A stretch of DNA of 64,000 bases from the human T2T-CHM13v2.0 reference genome, Homo sapiens: assembly GCF_009914755.1 (NCBI RefSeq), contig NC_060942.1. One strand, 5' to 3'. The notes below the pieces were generated by a model. It did no database searches, had not been told where the DNA came from, and worked only from the letters and a program-made list of their open reading frames with translations. A program made the translations under genes and the position numbers. Positions 40,745 through 54,790 of this stretch are shown here, one piece after another (the first letter of the stretch is position 1; every line of letters begins with the position of its first letter).

Positions 40745-41570
40745 ATGTCCATGCTGTTTTCACTTGAACAAATAAAAATGCATTTGAAATTTCCATACAG
40801 GCCATTGTCTATGAATTAGTCTGGGTTTGGTCATGGCCATGGAATCAGAGCCACTCTAACAATTAGAGGGATAAACAAATTTAATATACGAATTAGGGCT
40901 AACACATATGTAAAAAAAGCAGCAGGGAGGCTGAAGGTCCAGAAGGTTGGAGAAACCGTCCTCCCACCAGCACTAGCCAATATAAAATTTTGACATATAA
41001 TAGAAGCTTAATAAATATTTGAGGGATAAATGAAGATTGGATTTCAATTAACATAATATTTTTGTTTGTTTCTTTGTTTGTGTTTTTGAGAAAGGCAGAA
41101 ATATATCTTTAGGCTGAGAGTAAACTCCTTGTTCCTTGTCATGGATGGTTCCCCAGTGCTAGGTAAGAGCATCACAGTTAGTGGTTAGATACCTAATCAA
41201 GAGTGCTTTACAGAGGTCTCAAACCAACAAATTAACTTTGAAACATTAGGAACTACGAAAAGAAGGACAAACTAAACACAAGCAAGCAAAAAAAAGGAAA
41301 TAAAAAGTAATAGAGCAGGATAAACAAAATATACAGTAGAAAAATCAATGGAGAAAATTATAAAATCAAAAGTTGATTTTTTTGGAAAGATCAACACAAT
41401 GGATAAACTTTTAGCTAGATATAACTAAGAAAAACAGGCCTGGCACAGTGACTCTAACAGAGTTTCTCTTGCCTTCTTTTGGGCAGCACTGTTTCGTAGA
41501 GCCACTACTACAATTCAGAGCAGGCCAGAAGAGCAAATGATAAACTTTCTCTAGTAAAAACAAAGGAGAA

Positions 41571-42076
<506 letters not shown>

Positions 42077-42768
42077 CTATGAATAGATCTATAACGAGTA
42101 AGAAGAATGAATCAGTAATCAAATCTCCTAACACAGAAAAGCCATGGACCTGTTAGCTTTATTGGTTAATTTACCAAACATTTAAAGAAGAACTAACACC
42201 AATCCTTCTCAACTTTTCCAAAAATATGACGAGGAGGAAACACTTTTTGATTTATCTGATGAGGCCAGCATTAACCATGATACCAAAGTCAAACAAGAGA
42301 CTATAAGAGAAGGTCAACATGCCTTATGAATATTGATTTTTAAAATTCTCAACCACATACTAGCAAGCTTAATTAAGCATTAAAGGGATTATATACATTA
42401 TGACCTAGTAGAATTTATTCTTGGAATGCAGGGATGAGTCAACACAGAAAAATCAATTAATGTAATATATCACATGAACAGAATGAAAGAAAGCAATCAT
42501 ATGATCATCTCTAATAATGCAGAAAAGGCATTTGAAAATATGTAACATCATTTTTTTCATTAAAACACTTAACAACAAAGGAGTAAAGGAAAACTACTTC
42601 AACATAACAAGAGCCATATATGAAAAGCCCTGAGCAAACCTCACACAAAATAGTGAAAGATTGAAAGCTTTTCCTGTAAAATCAGGAACAAGGCAAGAAT
42701 AACCACTTTTACCACTGCTATGCAATATAGTACTGGAAGTTCTAGCCAGGGCAATTAGGCAAGAAAGA

Positions 42769-42769
<1 letters not shown>

Positions 42770-42811
<42 letters not shown>
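42770..42811. repeat. (CA)n microsatellite inside L1
   Basis: Direct reading. Confidence 0.95.
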
Positions 42812-42812
<1 letters not shown>

Positions 42813-44559
42813 GTTAGAACTAATAAATAAATTCAGCAAAGTATCAGAATACAAAATCAACATATAAATATCAATTGCATTTATATACACTAACAATGAG
42901 CAATCTGAAAAAATGAAATTATAAAAACAATTCCATTTACAGTAGCATCAAAAAGAAAAAAAACTTAGAAATTAACAATGGAGGTGAAGGACCACCATAT
43001 ATTGCTGAAAGAAATTTAAAAAGACATAAACAAATGAAAATACATCCCATGTTCATGAACTGGAAGACCTAATAGTGTTAAGAAGCCAACAGCACCCAAA
43101 GTTATTTACAGATTTCATGCAGTCCTTATCAAAATCACAATGATTTTTTTTTTTGCAGAAATAGAAAACCTATCCAATAATCAATATGGAATCTCAAGGG
43201 ATCTCAAATAGCCAAAACAATCTTGAAACAGAAGAACAAAACTGAAGGACTCAACCTTTCTAATTTTAAAACTTACTACAAACCTAAAGTAACTAAAACA
43301 GTGTGGTATTGACATAAAGACAGAAATATAGACCAATGGAATAAAATAAAAAGCCTGGAAATAAATGCTCACATATATGGTCAAATGATTTATGATAAAA
43401 ATGCCAAGACCATTCAATGGAAAAAAGGAAATCTTTTCAGCAAATGGAGCTGGGAAAAACTGGATACACATACAAAAGATTGAAGTCAAACTCTTCCCTC
43501 ATGTCATACACAAAAATTAAATTAAAATGAATCAAAGGCCTAAATGTAAAACTTAGAATTACATAACCCCTAGAAACAAAACACAGGAAAAAAGCTTCAT
43601 AAAATTAGATTCAATTATTTTTTGAATATGACATAGTCAATTATTTTTTGAATATGAGACCAAATAAATAGGCGATAAAGGAAAAAAATAGATAAATTGG
43701 ACTTATGAATTTTTAAATGTGCATAAAAAACACTATCAACATAGTAAACAGGCAACTTATAGAATGAGAGCAAATATTTGCAAATTATATATCTGATGAA
43801 GGATTAAAATTGAGAATAGGTAGAGAACTCCTAAAATGCAACAACAAAGAAATAAATGACCAGATTCAAAAATGGGGAAAACACTTGAATAGACATTTCC
43901 CCAAGGACAATACGCAAATAGCTAATAAGCACATGAAAAGATGTTCAACATTAGAGAAATGCAAACAAGAAACTGCAACAAGATACCACCACACACCCAT
44001 CAGGATAGCTACTACTCGGAAAAAAAAAAGTAAAAACAAAATAATAATAAGTGCTGTCAAAGATGTAGAGTATTTGAAACCCTTGGGCACTGTTAGTTGA
44101 AAGTAAAATGGTAGAACCACTGTAGAGAGCAGTATAGCAATTCTTCAAAAAGTTAAAGGTAGAATTACCATATGATCCAGAAATTGCTCTTTGGGGTTTA
44201 TACCCAAAGTAATTGAAAGAAGATGCAAAGAGATGTTTGAATACCCATGATTATAGTAGCATTTATTTATAATAGCTAAAATGTAGAAGTACCCCAAGTA
44301 TCTATAGGATGAATGAATATGCAAAATGTAGGCTGAGGTATGAGAGAATTTGGAGTTACTGTTTAATGGGTACAGAGTTTCAGTTTTGCAAGATAAAAAT
44401 TTCAGTGATAGATGGTGGTGATGGTTACTTGACATTATGAATATTTAAAATCACCAAATTGTACATTAAGAATGGTTTATAAGGTGATTTTTATGTTGTG
44501 CATATTTTTGCACAAATAAAAAAGTGAGAAAGAATCTTCTATGACATCTACAAAATGTC

Positions 44560-44700
44560 ATGAAGAAAGAAATTTCCTGTCTGTGTTTTCAATATTGATG
44601 GAACTGGCAAATTTTGGAAAAAACATGCATGGTATAATGTTATTATAAGAAATATATACCTAGTTTTAAATCTTGGAAGACTGACTCATATTCCTATTTG
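44560..44700 (+). mobile_element. Tigger/pogo transposase remnant
   Basis: 44588-44623 translates to FNIDGTGKFWKK, resembling the pogo DDE motif FN.DETGLFWKK; downstream cctagttttaaatct (PSFKS) resembles PGFKA. Confidence 0.6.
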
Positions 44701-45153
44701 ACAGAAACAATTCTGAGGACTCTAGGCTTAAAACCTTTTTGTAGCCACCTTGAGCCTTCAAACAGCCCTTCAAAAACTCAGTTTTTTAACCCAACAGACA
44801 TTCAATCCTATACTAAGTTATGGGTTATTTTAAATCATTGTCTTGGGTTATTATTCCCTTGTACAATCAATTCACTTTGCATAGGGGTGATATTTTTTTT
44901 CTTTAAGAACTTAAGTAACTTGAAGTTATGAATAAAATATAACAACATTTATTTGATATTGGGTTTTGTCCAGTCCAATTCAATATATAACAAGTAGTCA
45001 AGATATATCTTTACGTCAATTCTTGATTATTTAACTCATCTCAATCAAGTAAATGGTTTAGTGACTAATGTGTGTTCAGCACTGTTCAATGTGCTGTAGG
45101 AAGACAAATCTATGCAGGCTCCAGCATATTTGGAGAAAGAAGAGTGATGTTGC

Positions 45154-45351
45154 AAGGTTTTTCATCAAACACAAGGAGGTATTTAGAAATGTCTACAGTG
45201 CTTTTGGTTTTCACAGTGACGGGGCACATTGAAGCCATTAAATGCTAGAAATTTAGGGATGATCAATATTCTGCCATGTGGGGGACAGTCCCACAAAAGT
45301 AAGAATTATGTTGTCCAAAATGTTAGTAGCACTCTTAGTTGAGAAACCCTG
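45154..45351. mobile_element. MER20/MER112-like hAT MITE inserted in an L2 fragment
   Basis: ttttggttttcacagtgac...gggacagtcccac...aagaattatg...gttgagaaaccctg. Confidence 0.7.
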
Positions 45352-46444
45352 GCTGGGTATTGTGGGAATTAGTTAGAGTTATGTGAAATGATAACTCATG
45401 CTGAAGAAGTAGGTTGTTATCCTTTAGACAATGGGAGCTATCAAGTGTGTTTAAGCATGGGGGAGACTTGATTAGCTTTTGATTTTAGAAAGGAAACTGA
45501 ACATGTATAGGCAGAAATAAGATGCAGGAAGACCACATAGTGGGTAATGTCAGCAGTGCAGCTAAGGAGTTGTTTCTTGTTTCTCATCTTGGTGTAGCTC
45601 TGCCCAGGGCATTGTAAGACATAAAATCATCAAATATTTTTTAAAAAATAGTCAGGAAGAAGAGATTCTAGCAAAAGTGACATGCCCATCTTTAAGCACA
45701 TTTGCATGCTCAGGTGATGGGACATGCTAATTGGATTATTGTGATTGGACTAACCCTTAGAGCTAGGAGTATGGCCAATCTTAAACCAGCTACCTGAGAA
45801 TAGAGTGATATTCTATGGGAATTCAGTGTTCTTTCAAATATACCAAAGAAAGAGGAATAGGAACACACAATAATATGTATATACAATGGGGAAACACATG
45901 AAATAGTTGTAAAATAGTACATAAAAGTACACATGGGAATGTGGAAACTTATTCTTCCAAAAGCTCTTGGAAGTCTTACAATACTTAGCATAGGATCAAA
46001 TATGTAGTGAATCTCCAGTAAAAACCTGCTCAATTGTATTGTGGGACGGGTAATACATTTTAATTTTACCTTTTGCAAGAGAAATATCTAAAAATTGCTT
46101 ATCAATTGATTGACTGCATACAATATTTTGAGATATCTATGTAACCAACAACATACTAAACATTCTGTTCTCTGCAGAGAAATCAAAATAGCAAAGGTAT
46201 TTATATACTAGATAAAAAGGTAAAAAAGAAACATATGAAGAAAGTAAAATCTAGTACTTAATTGAAGATATTTAATGCCAAGAATGAAAGCATTTCAGAG
46301 AAGAGTGATTGATATAAACTGGTGTAATCAGTAAAGTTTTTGGGGAAGAGAACAGCCTAGAAGAACAGAAAGAAGTTGGGTAAAAGGGTAAAGAATTGGG
46401 GCAAACAAATGAGACTTAAACAAATTGGGTCAAAAATGGTGATG

Positions 46445-46640
46445 TAGGCCTTGTCTCAATTTTGGCATTTACTTCTCTGCGACTGATCCTTTTTGGTCTC
46501 AGATTTCTGATCTGTAAATGCAACTAAAGAGGATTATCTTACAGGACTGCTATGAAAACTAACTGAGACGGTATGTGTCATAGCTCCCGGAACTGTGCTC
46601 AGAATGCGTGCTCAGATATTCTCAATCATTTGTTTGTTCA
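46445..46640 (+). mobile_element. MIR
   Basis: tctcagatttctgatctgtaaatg...ttacaggactgctatgaaaactaactgaga. Confidence 0.6.
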
Positions 46641-49344
46641 TTCTTGGAATGAGAACTTGTAACTTTCACTGTGACAAGTCAAAATTGTGAAATGTTATTT
46701 TTAAGGGACCTAAGGATCACCTCTGACCATTTCAATGTCCTCTAGCCATTCAGTTGAGTTGCCCACACTGCAGGACTGGATGCTACTTTATTAGAAAACA
46801 TATTTCATTTAGTACTGTTTCCACCTCTATTCACAAAAAATTGGGGAAAAGAAACCTGTTCTCATTACTCCACAGACACTGCCATTACCCAGGTTCCTGC
46901 ATGGAAACCTCTGGTTAGAAATAGGACCCCTTTCATCACCAAGGAGAAGGAGGCCCCCATTCTTCCTCATCAAGTGTCTTTAATTAGGTTCTTGAGAAAA
47001 CCACAGGAATCAATGTTTGACGCCAGAGATGACTAAAATAAAATTCAGTACTGAAACTTCCATTGTATATCCTGATTCTTTCACTTGACAAAAATTATTG
47101 ACAAGTCATTGGGATGTCTTTTTGTAAGACTTGTTTCCTTCTTTCAGTTGCATAATTTATTTTCTGTTTTTTAAACATTTTTATAAGCTTTTTAAAGAAT
47201 GATTTTATTATTTTTTCAAGCAGTATATTGTATATAAGTTCCCAAATTCAGGTAAATGTCCTTATTTTCCTTCTGCCTGAATTCCCTTTATAGACTCAGT
47301 TTTCCTTTTCTCTTTCTTCGGTACTTCACTCTCTGCCTTCCAGTCCTCCCTCCATATGCCCTGTTTCTTTCCATTTGTTGGTTTAATTTTCTGTGGTAGT
47401 TTGATTCCTCTCCGGTTGATCCCAGTCAACATAACAAAGACGGCAGCAGAGCGGGGATTGGACCAAATTCTAGAGACAGGCGCTGTTCTTCAGTCAGAGC
47501 AGGTGCACGGAAGCCAGAGGGATGCTCCGTGCCGGCAGAGCCAGCAGCTCTCTCAGCATCAAGGTAGCTGCTGCTGCCTTACTCAGAGCTCGTTACGTTA
47601 AATGGAAGTCAGCTTTAAACATTCATTCAGATGGATTTATTTAAAGGTGTTTAAGGTTCAGCTGAGTTTATTACTACAGACGTGGCTGGGGCCCTTACAG
47701 TTTAGCATAATGTTTCATCAGCTGCAGTTCCAAATACACCCATGTGCTGTCCGTTGACAGGGGTATAGGGGTCTTTTATAGCAAAACAGAGATTGCCGGA
47801 GAAGGTTTGCTAGAGAACTTCTTTCCATAATACTCTGAGGGGGTTAACGTTTATGAAGATTTTAAATCTTTCCTCTTGGCTTGAATTATCTTTTTTTTTT
47901 CTTTTTACCCATCCCTGTCTCCAAAGAAAGCAATAAGCCTGTCAAAGGAGGAATTAATTAAGCAAATCAATCAGTCAGTTTTATTAAGGAATTACAAAAC
48001 CCAAGTGGAGCATTAATTATTCAGATAATGGGATATCTCTGAGCCTTTCTTTTCAATTATTGATAAGCTGCTATCTATCATTCAAACTGCTTTAGTACTG
48101 ATTTAGCTGTGAAGGAAGCCAGGTCATTCAGCCAGAGCATATGCTAGTTATGAGCAGTGCTGGGAAGCTGAGGATATAGGAACTGGCTGGGGTACTGTGT
48201 CCACCCAGTGTGAATGCAAGCAATAACTATCACGAGGCAGAGACTGGGCTACACTGCAGATATCTCCGTAAAAGTCTCACCTCACTGGCATCACCCACCT
48301 GATTAAAAATGTGCACTGAGGCGATGAAGCCAGGGACTTCTTTTCCTTTACCACATTTGCATTTTTTCTTGGCCTTACAAGAATGGCTACCAAGCAAAGT
48401 AACACTTGCAATAAAGCGAATGCTGTTGTTGTACAGCTAAGAACAATTTTTTAAATGACCTTTGTTTTTATACCTGCAGAAACTTTAGATTTTTCCCCTC
48501 CAACATCAGGGACAAAATATTTCCTTCAACCTCAGAAATATCTGGAACGCTCCTTGTTTTAATGTTTATACATATATCGATATGAATAGATATATACAGA
48601 TGTAAGATCAAAAGTTCGCTCAAATCTTTTCTAATTTGTTTTAGGAGTTCGATCAATTATTCTCTCTCATCAAAGATTTATTTAGTACTTACTAGGTGCT
48701 GAATCCTGATCATGTAAAGACTGAGATTACAAGGCACTCATGGTGCTGTGACAAAGGCATATACTAATACAAGATTTATTTTATTTTAATCATACAAACC
48801 ATCAGTCTCTCACAAGGAAATTTAAGGTAAGCAGAACCAAAGATCTCAGTGTGGTACAGAGGATCACAGCAATGAGTAAAATAAACAGATAATTTGTTCC
48901 TCATAAATCAAAGAAGAAAATGTATAAAACCCAAAGGGTCCACCAAAAGGTTAAAGAAACGCTCATGGAATAAAATAATATGTGGCTGGCACCAGGGCAA
49001 AGGGAAGAGTTTCTGGGCAGAGCCTGAGAGCATAGGAACAATCCTGACTCTTTATATCACTAATGGCTTAGTTTTGGGCTCACTGGCCACAGATAGATAC
49101 ATTTCTTAAGCTCTGTGCTCAAGCCAAATTTTGAAACATTAACAATATATCTCAATACTTAGAAAATTCAGGAGTCAGCACCAGCTTATTGGAAAACTGT
49201 TAAGCAACACTGTAAAACTACCTACTTCCAAGTTATATCTCCCTCCTCTGAACTCTTGTAGCACTTTACATTACTCATATCCCACTTAACATATCCTGTG
49301 CATGTTCAGCCAAAGGCTTTAAGCCTGATACCATATTAAAAGCT

Positions 49345-50360
49345 ACTTGAGGCAACACCAAAAACATGAGCCATAAACTAAAACCTTGATTAATTAAAAT
49401 TCATAAAATTAAAAATGCTTGCTCTGCAAAAAACACAATTCAGAGAATAAAAAGATCAAAGCCAAAGATAGGGATAAAATATTTGCAAATTGCATATCAA
49501 CAAAAAAGTTACATCTAAGATAGATAAATAATTATCAAAACTCAAAAGTAAAAAACAATTAATTAAAATGGCTAAAAGGTTTGAATATAGACTTCACCAG
49601 AGAAGACATATAAATGACGAATATGCACGTGAAAAGATGTTCACAATCATTAATCATTAGTAAATGCAAATTAGAACCATAATGAAATACTACACACCTA
49701 CTAGAATGGATAACACTTTAAATCTGACAGTACCAAATAAATATGCAGAGCAACGGGAATTCTCATACATTGCTAGTGGAAATGTAAAATGGCAAAACTA
49801 CTCTGGAAAATAGTTTGGCAGTTTCCCGTACAATCAAACTTACACTTTTCATATGATCCAGCAATTTCACTCATTACCCAAGAGTATTAAAGACATGTTC
49901 ACACAGAAACTTGTAAATGAATGTTCATAGCAGTTTTATTTTTAACTGCCTAAAACTGGAAACAACTCCAATGTTGTTCAACAGATGAATAGATAAAGAC
50001 AATCTGGTACAACCATTCAGTGGAATACTACTTATCAATAGAGCGCATTGAGCTGTTTATACATGCAGTAATATAGAAGAATCTCAAAAGCATTACGCTA
50101 AGTAAAAGAAAAACAGACAAAAGCTTACATATTGTATATTCTATAAGTATAAAATTCTGGAATATGCAAAACTATAGGAATAGTTTTTCACATATTATTG
50201 GCAGCCGAGGTTTGGGGGTGGAGATAAGGTTTGTCAACAAAGGAGCAGCATAAGGGAATATTAAGCAGGAGGATGAAACTCTTCTGTATATTGATTGTTA
50301 TTGTGGTTTTTTTTTTACAAAAAAGAGTAAAGTTTACTATATGAAAATTGAAAAATATAT
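49345..50360 (+). mobile_element. L1ME/L1MD 3' region, probably inserted in an L2
   Basis: aaaatatttgcaaatt...gaaaagatgttca...ctcatacattgctagtggaaatgtaaaatgg...aacagatgaatagataaa. Confidence 0.82.
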
Positions 50361-50739
50361 TTTGAGAAAAGAACTTGAGTGTAGGAACTGTGCCATATTC
50401 ACTCTTGTAGATGTCAGAGTATAAGTATCAAGATACATACATGGTAATAGTTTAACACACATTTATTGAGTAAAAGATACTATAGTTCAAACTTGAAACT
50501 TCCACAATTGTTCATAAATATTTGATAATTGTTAGAATAAACTGATTTAGAACATTATGCTTCTGCAAATAGTGATTTTTTTAAAAGATTTTATGTAAGT
50601 CCTGGTAACCAGATCTTTCTGCAAGAAATGCTCTTACTAGTGAACCAGACATCATGATAAAACAAGCTTACCTTTACATTACTATTAGTACAGTTCTTGA
50701 CTCAGCACAACTCAGCACTTGAATGACAAACAAGAAAAG

Positions 50740-50945
50740 GCAAATATTTGTTGAACGTTTGGGATATGCAAGGAATTTTAATAAATTTTGAACTATTTTC
50801 TAATTTGCTCTTTAAGCAACAATTCAGGAAGGTATTATCTCTGTTTTGCAGATAAGAACAGTTAAGTATCTTACCCAAGTTACACAATTGTTAATGGGGA
50901 GACACATGACTCAGCTGAAATCTTACTGGTTCTAGTCCCTGTCCT
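50740..50945 (-). mobile_element. MIR
   Basis: tattatctctgttttgcagataagaa...ttacccaagttacaca. Confidence 0.7.
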
Positions 50946-51259
50946 GTCCATTAATCAAAGCACTTTATATCAGTAACCACACATGGAAAGCAGCAGGTGG
51001 GAAAAAGAAAAGCAAGACATCGAGATGAACCAGGAATCAGGGCTGAGTCTGGGATAAATCCCAGAAATTATAATGAATTTTGAGCTGCTACTCTGAACCC
51101 AGATAAGTGGTGAGGGTTGATACGCCAGGGCTTGATTATTATGACCAGTGCCAGAAGGAAGAAGAAGCATGTATTAGGGAGTAAGGAGAGGGGAAAATCT
51201 TTTGCAGATGAGCTAGTAATTAAAGCATACCAATATCAGATGGCAGAGGAAGACAAAGT

Positions 51260-51970
51260 TCCAAATGTTTAATGTGTTCCTATTATATGCCAGACCTTCT
51301 GGTGAGCAATAGGGCCAAAAGATAAATGAGACAGTGTCAGCCTTTGAGGAGCATAGAATATATTAGAGGGAGACCATAGGGTTTGTGGCTCCTTTCTTTT
51401 TTAATTAAAGCATGCCAAAATATGCTGCAATAGTTGTAGGCACAGGATACAGAGTGGTCATAAAAGAAGGAATGGCCGCATCTATTTGGAGGATTTAGTG
51501 AAGCCTTCAGGGAGGAAAGGATGTTGTCATAGTCTCAAAAGATGAGTTGATTAGCCAGATGGCCAGAAAAAAATGGAGATGGTGCTAACATTCCAGGAAG
51601 AAGGGATAGTGGGATTAAAGTGTGAAGCTGATACTAGCATGGTATGTGTGAGGATATGAAAGACATTCAAGAGGATTAGGTCATGAGATTTGAGCCGAGA
51701 GTCTATGGAAATAAGATTAAAGTTATGGGCAGGTGCATATCATAGTGACCTTTGTTTTAGTCATGGCAAGAAAATTTGACTTTATTTAGTAATTACTTGA
51801 AATTTTTGGAGGCTTCTTCAAAGAAGTATAGTGTAATCAGACTTGCAATTTAGAAAGATGCGGCAAATAGTCTTAAGGATTGCAAAACTGGGGTATGAAA
51901 TCTAGTTAGGACACTACTGTTATTCCTCCAGGCACCAGACAATGAATGCCTTCTAGGTGAAGAAGATGGA
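51260..51970 (-). mobile_element. L2 fragment
   Basis: ctattatatgccagacc...gcctttgaggagc...gacttgcaatttagaaagat. Confidence 0.65.
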
Positions 51971-52105
51971 TTAATATTCATACTCATCTCCTTTGCTCTT
52001 CTCCTCTCCTAAACATCCTAAAGTACAATGTTGTAAAGAAACAATACAAAATGTAACTAAAAGCAAAAATATCATGAGTAGAATCATCAGTTCAAAAGAA
52101 ATGTC

Positions 52106-52366
52106 GACCAGCCTGGCCAACATGGCGAATCCTCGTCTCTACTAAAAATATAAAAATTAGCTGGGCGTTGTGGTGGGTGCCTGTAATCCTAGCTACTCTG
52201 GAGGCTGAGTCAGGGGAATCGCTTGGACCTGGGGGACGGAGGTTGCAGTGAGCCAAGATTGTGCTACTTCACTCCAGCCTGGGCGAAGGGGTGAAACTCC
52301 ATCTCAAAAAAAAAAAAAAAAAAAAAAGTAAAAGAAAAAGAAAAGAAAAAGAAACAGTAAAAGAAA
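52106..52366 (+). mobile_element. 5'-truncated AluS with long A-rich tail
   Basis: Begins at gaccagcctggccaacatgg; aaagaaatg repeated on both sides. Confidence 0.92.
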
Positions 52367-54284
52367 GAAATGAAATGCCTGTAAACTTTTAGAAGCTAGA
52401 AACAGACAGAGGAGAACTAACTGATAATAAAGAACAGAAAATACCATGGTTTGGGAGCACATTAAAAAAATTAAGAGCAAGAAGAAAGCTCTTTGTTTTG
52501 TTTCTGTAGAACCAAAAAATGTGCCAAATTCAAGGGAAGTTTGAATATAAAAGAGTTTGCCTCCTACTCCCTCGCCTGGTTTCTTCTGCATGCACTAGGC
52601 TTGTATACATGTTTTGCCCCTCTTCCTGATTTTCCATCCCAACATTTTGACATCCCTTGTAGTGACTATAGTGGTTCTTTGCTTGTAGTGACTCCTTTTA
52701 AATATTTATTCAATGAATCAGAGTCATAAACCATTCGTCTCTCACTATACTCAGCCACCTTCAGAGCCCCTCCTAATTTGAATGATCAGATCATCTGACT
52801 GCTATTTTAAAATACTGTTATGTACTAGACATCATGCTGGGTTGATTAAAATAACTCAAATAAGCAAATTAATATGGAAAGGATTTTGGCAACACCACCT
52901 GTAATCCCATTCAGAGTTGAGTTGCAGAATTATCAGGTAGGCTATGTGATTTCCTCGGCCTGAGCACTATGTGACAGGGAGGCTATGTGCTTTGGTGGCT
53001 TCCTGGTAGAACAGCCCCCCACATCACAGAGAACTCAAGTGTATGTATTTTGTTTCCCAGCCTATTTTTTATTTCTCACCTCTGTCTCTAATGATAGACC
53101 AATAGCAATGCCTTTAAGATGGAATTTGGGTTTCATAAATAAATTTGAAAAAGAACTTAAAAGTGTTAAAGAATTGGGTGGAAAGGTGTCATATTGTGAT
53201 TCTGACCTTTTGGTTAGAAATTGACTTCTGCATCTGTTTCCCCCACTTCACCACTATGACATTATAAGCCTAAGAGAACAGTATGCCAACCCCAGTAGCA
53301 CTATTAAACTCTCTTGTCTTCCCGGCTTTGACATGAGGTGGTCCTCTGACTTCCTCCTTTTGCCTCTGGCTTCTTGATGTTACTTGATATTACTCTTCCT
53401 CCCCAACAGCATTGACTTCAACTCTGACTGCAGAAGGAGCTATTGTATTTAGGAGAAAAGGGTAAAGACAACAGACCACTTGGCCCTTGTTCTGAACTTA
53501 AATATTCTCGGCAGAGCAGTGGAGTCTTTTGAAAGCTCTGTTTATTGGTGTTCTAGGTCTGGATTCCTCATTTCCTTCTCTGTTTGAGAGGTGAGGATGA
53601 GGGAATTTTGGCATTTGGATGCTTTCCAAAGCTGATTTTTTGTCAAAAGCTGGCTCCCCAAATATTACCAACACAACCTCTTAGTAAGAAAAAACCCTAA
53701 TTATTTGCTTATTATTGTAAGGAAGAACACCACTTTGCAACACTTTGTCAGTGTCTTGTGGAGAGAAGATAAGCTTAAAAACTATTGATTTTAGGCAAAT
53801 CTTTCAAAGTTGGAGTTTGATTACATTTGGGTAAGGATTGTAATAAAACTGTCCAGGATTTGTGGAAATAGCACAGTGAATATTTTGAGTTAGGAATTCA
53901 AATAATTTGGGAGAACAAAGTGTTGATGTTTTCCATTGAAGAATTGAGTCTTTCAGGAAGTTCCTGTAATGAACAATCAAAATATTTGCCCAGGCAAGAG
54001 ACTTTTGAAAGAATAAAGCCATGCTAATGAAGAAATAGCAATAACAAAGACAAGCTAACAGAGACAGAAAAATGGCACAGTCATGCTATTGTAGGTGATA
54101 AAATGTGGTTTCAGTTCTCAGTGCCCAGACAGAGTGTGGAGATCGACAGCTTTGGCTCTCATTGTCACCACAGTATCTGTCAGTATTTTCTGATTATTTT
54201 GCCCATTTGTTTTTCAACTTTATTAATTATCTCACAATGAGATTTTGCTCATTTATTCCACTCAGTGGAACTGAAGATATTGAT

Positions 54285-54790
54285 ATTTGATAGGATTAAG
54301 TTTGAATTCAGGGTCTGCCATTTCCTAGCACTGTGACCTTGGTTGAGTTATTTCATCTCGCAGAGCCTCAACTTTCTTACCTGTAAATTGGGTGTCTTAG
54401 TCTGTTCCTGCTGCTATAATAAAATACCTCAGACTGGATAATTTATACAACAGAATAGTATTGTTTTCAGTTCTGGAGGCTGGAAAGTCCAAGATCAATT
54501 CTCCTACAGATTTGGTTTCTGGGCAAGGTTTGCTCTCTTTTTGAAATATGATGCCTTATTGCTACATCCTTCTATGATTAAAGAAGGCAAGAGAGCTCAC
54601 TTGAGACTCTTCCATAAGTACACTAATCCCATTTATGAGAGTGGAGCCCTTATGACCGAATTATATCCCAAAGGCCCCACCTTTTAACTATATTAGGTAT
54701 TTGGGTCCACCATATAAATTTTGAGAGGATACTAGCCTTCAGACTATAGTGTTGGGATAATGTTACTTACCTCAAAGAACAGTAGCTCAG
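54285..54790 (+). mobile_element. MIR split by an MLT1A LTR
   Basis: gtgaccttggttgagttatttcatctc...ctgtaaattggg | ataatgttacttacctca. Confidence 0.75.
54393..54751 (-). mobile_element. MLT1A0-like MaLR solo LTR
   Basis: tgtcttagtctgttcctgctgctataa...cagttctggaggctggaaagtccaagatcaa; perfect TSD ttggg. Confidence 0.88.

Noticed and set aside
41495-41525. Faint resemblance of ccactactacaatt to antisense U1 snRNA 3' region
   Set aside because: Too short and does not extend on either side
47743-47763. REST/RE1-like gtgctgtccgt
   Set aside because: Only one half-site; the gtgctgaa half is missing
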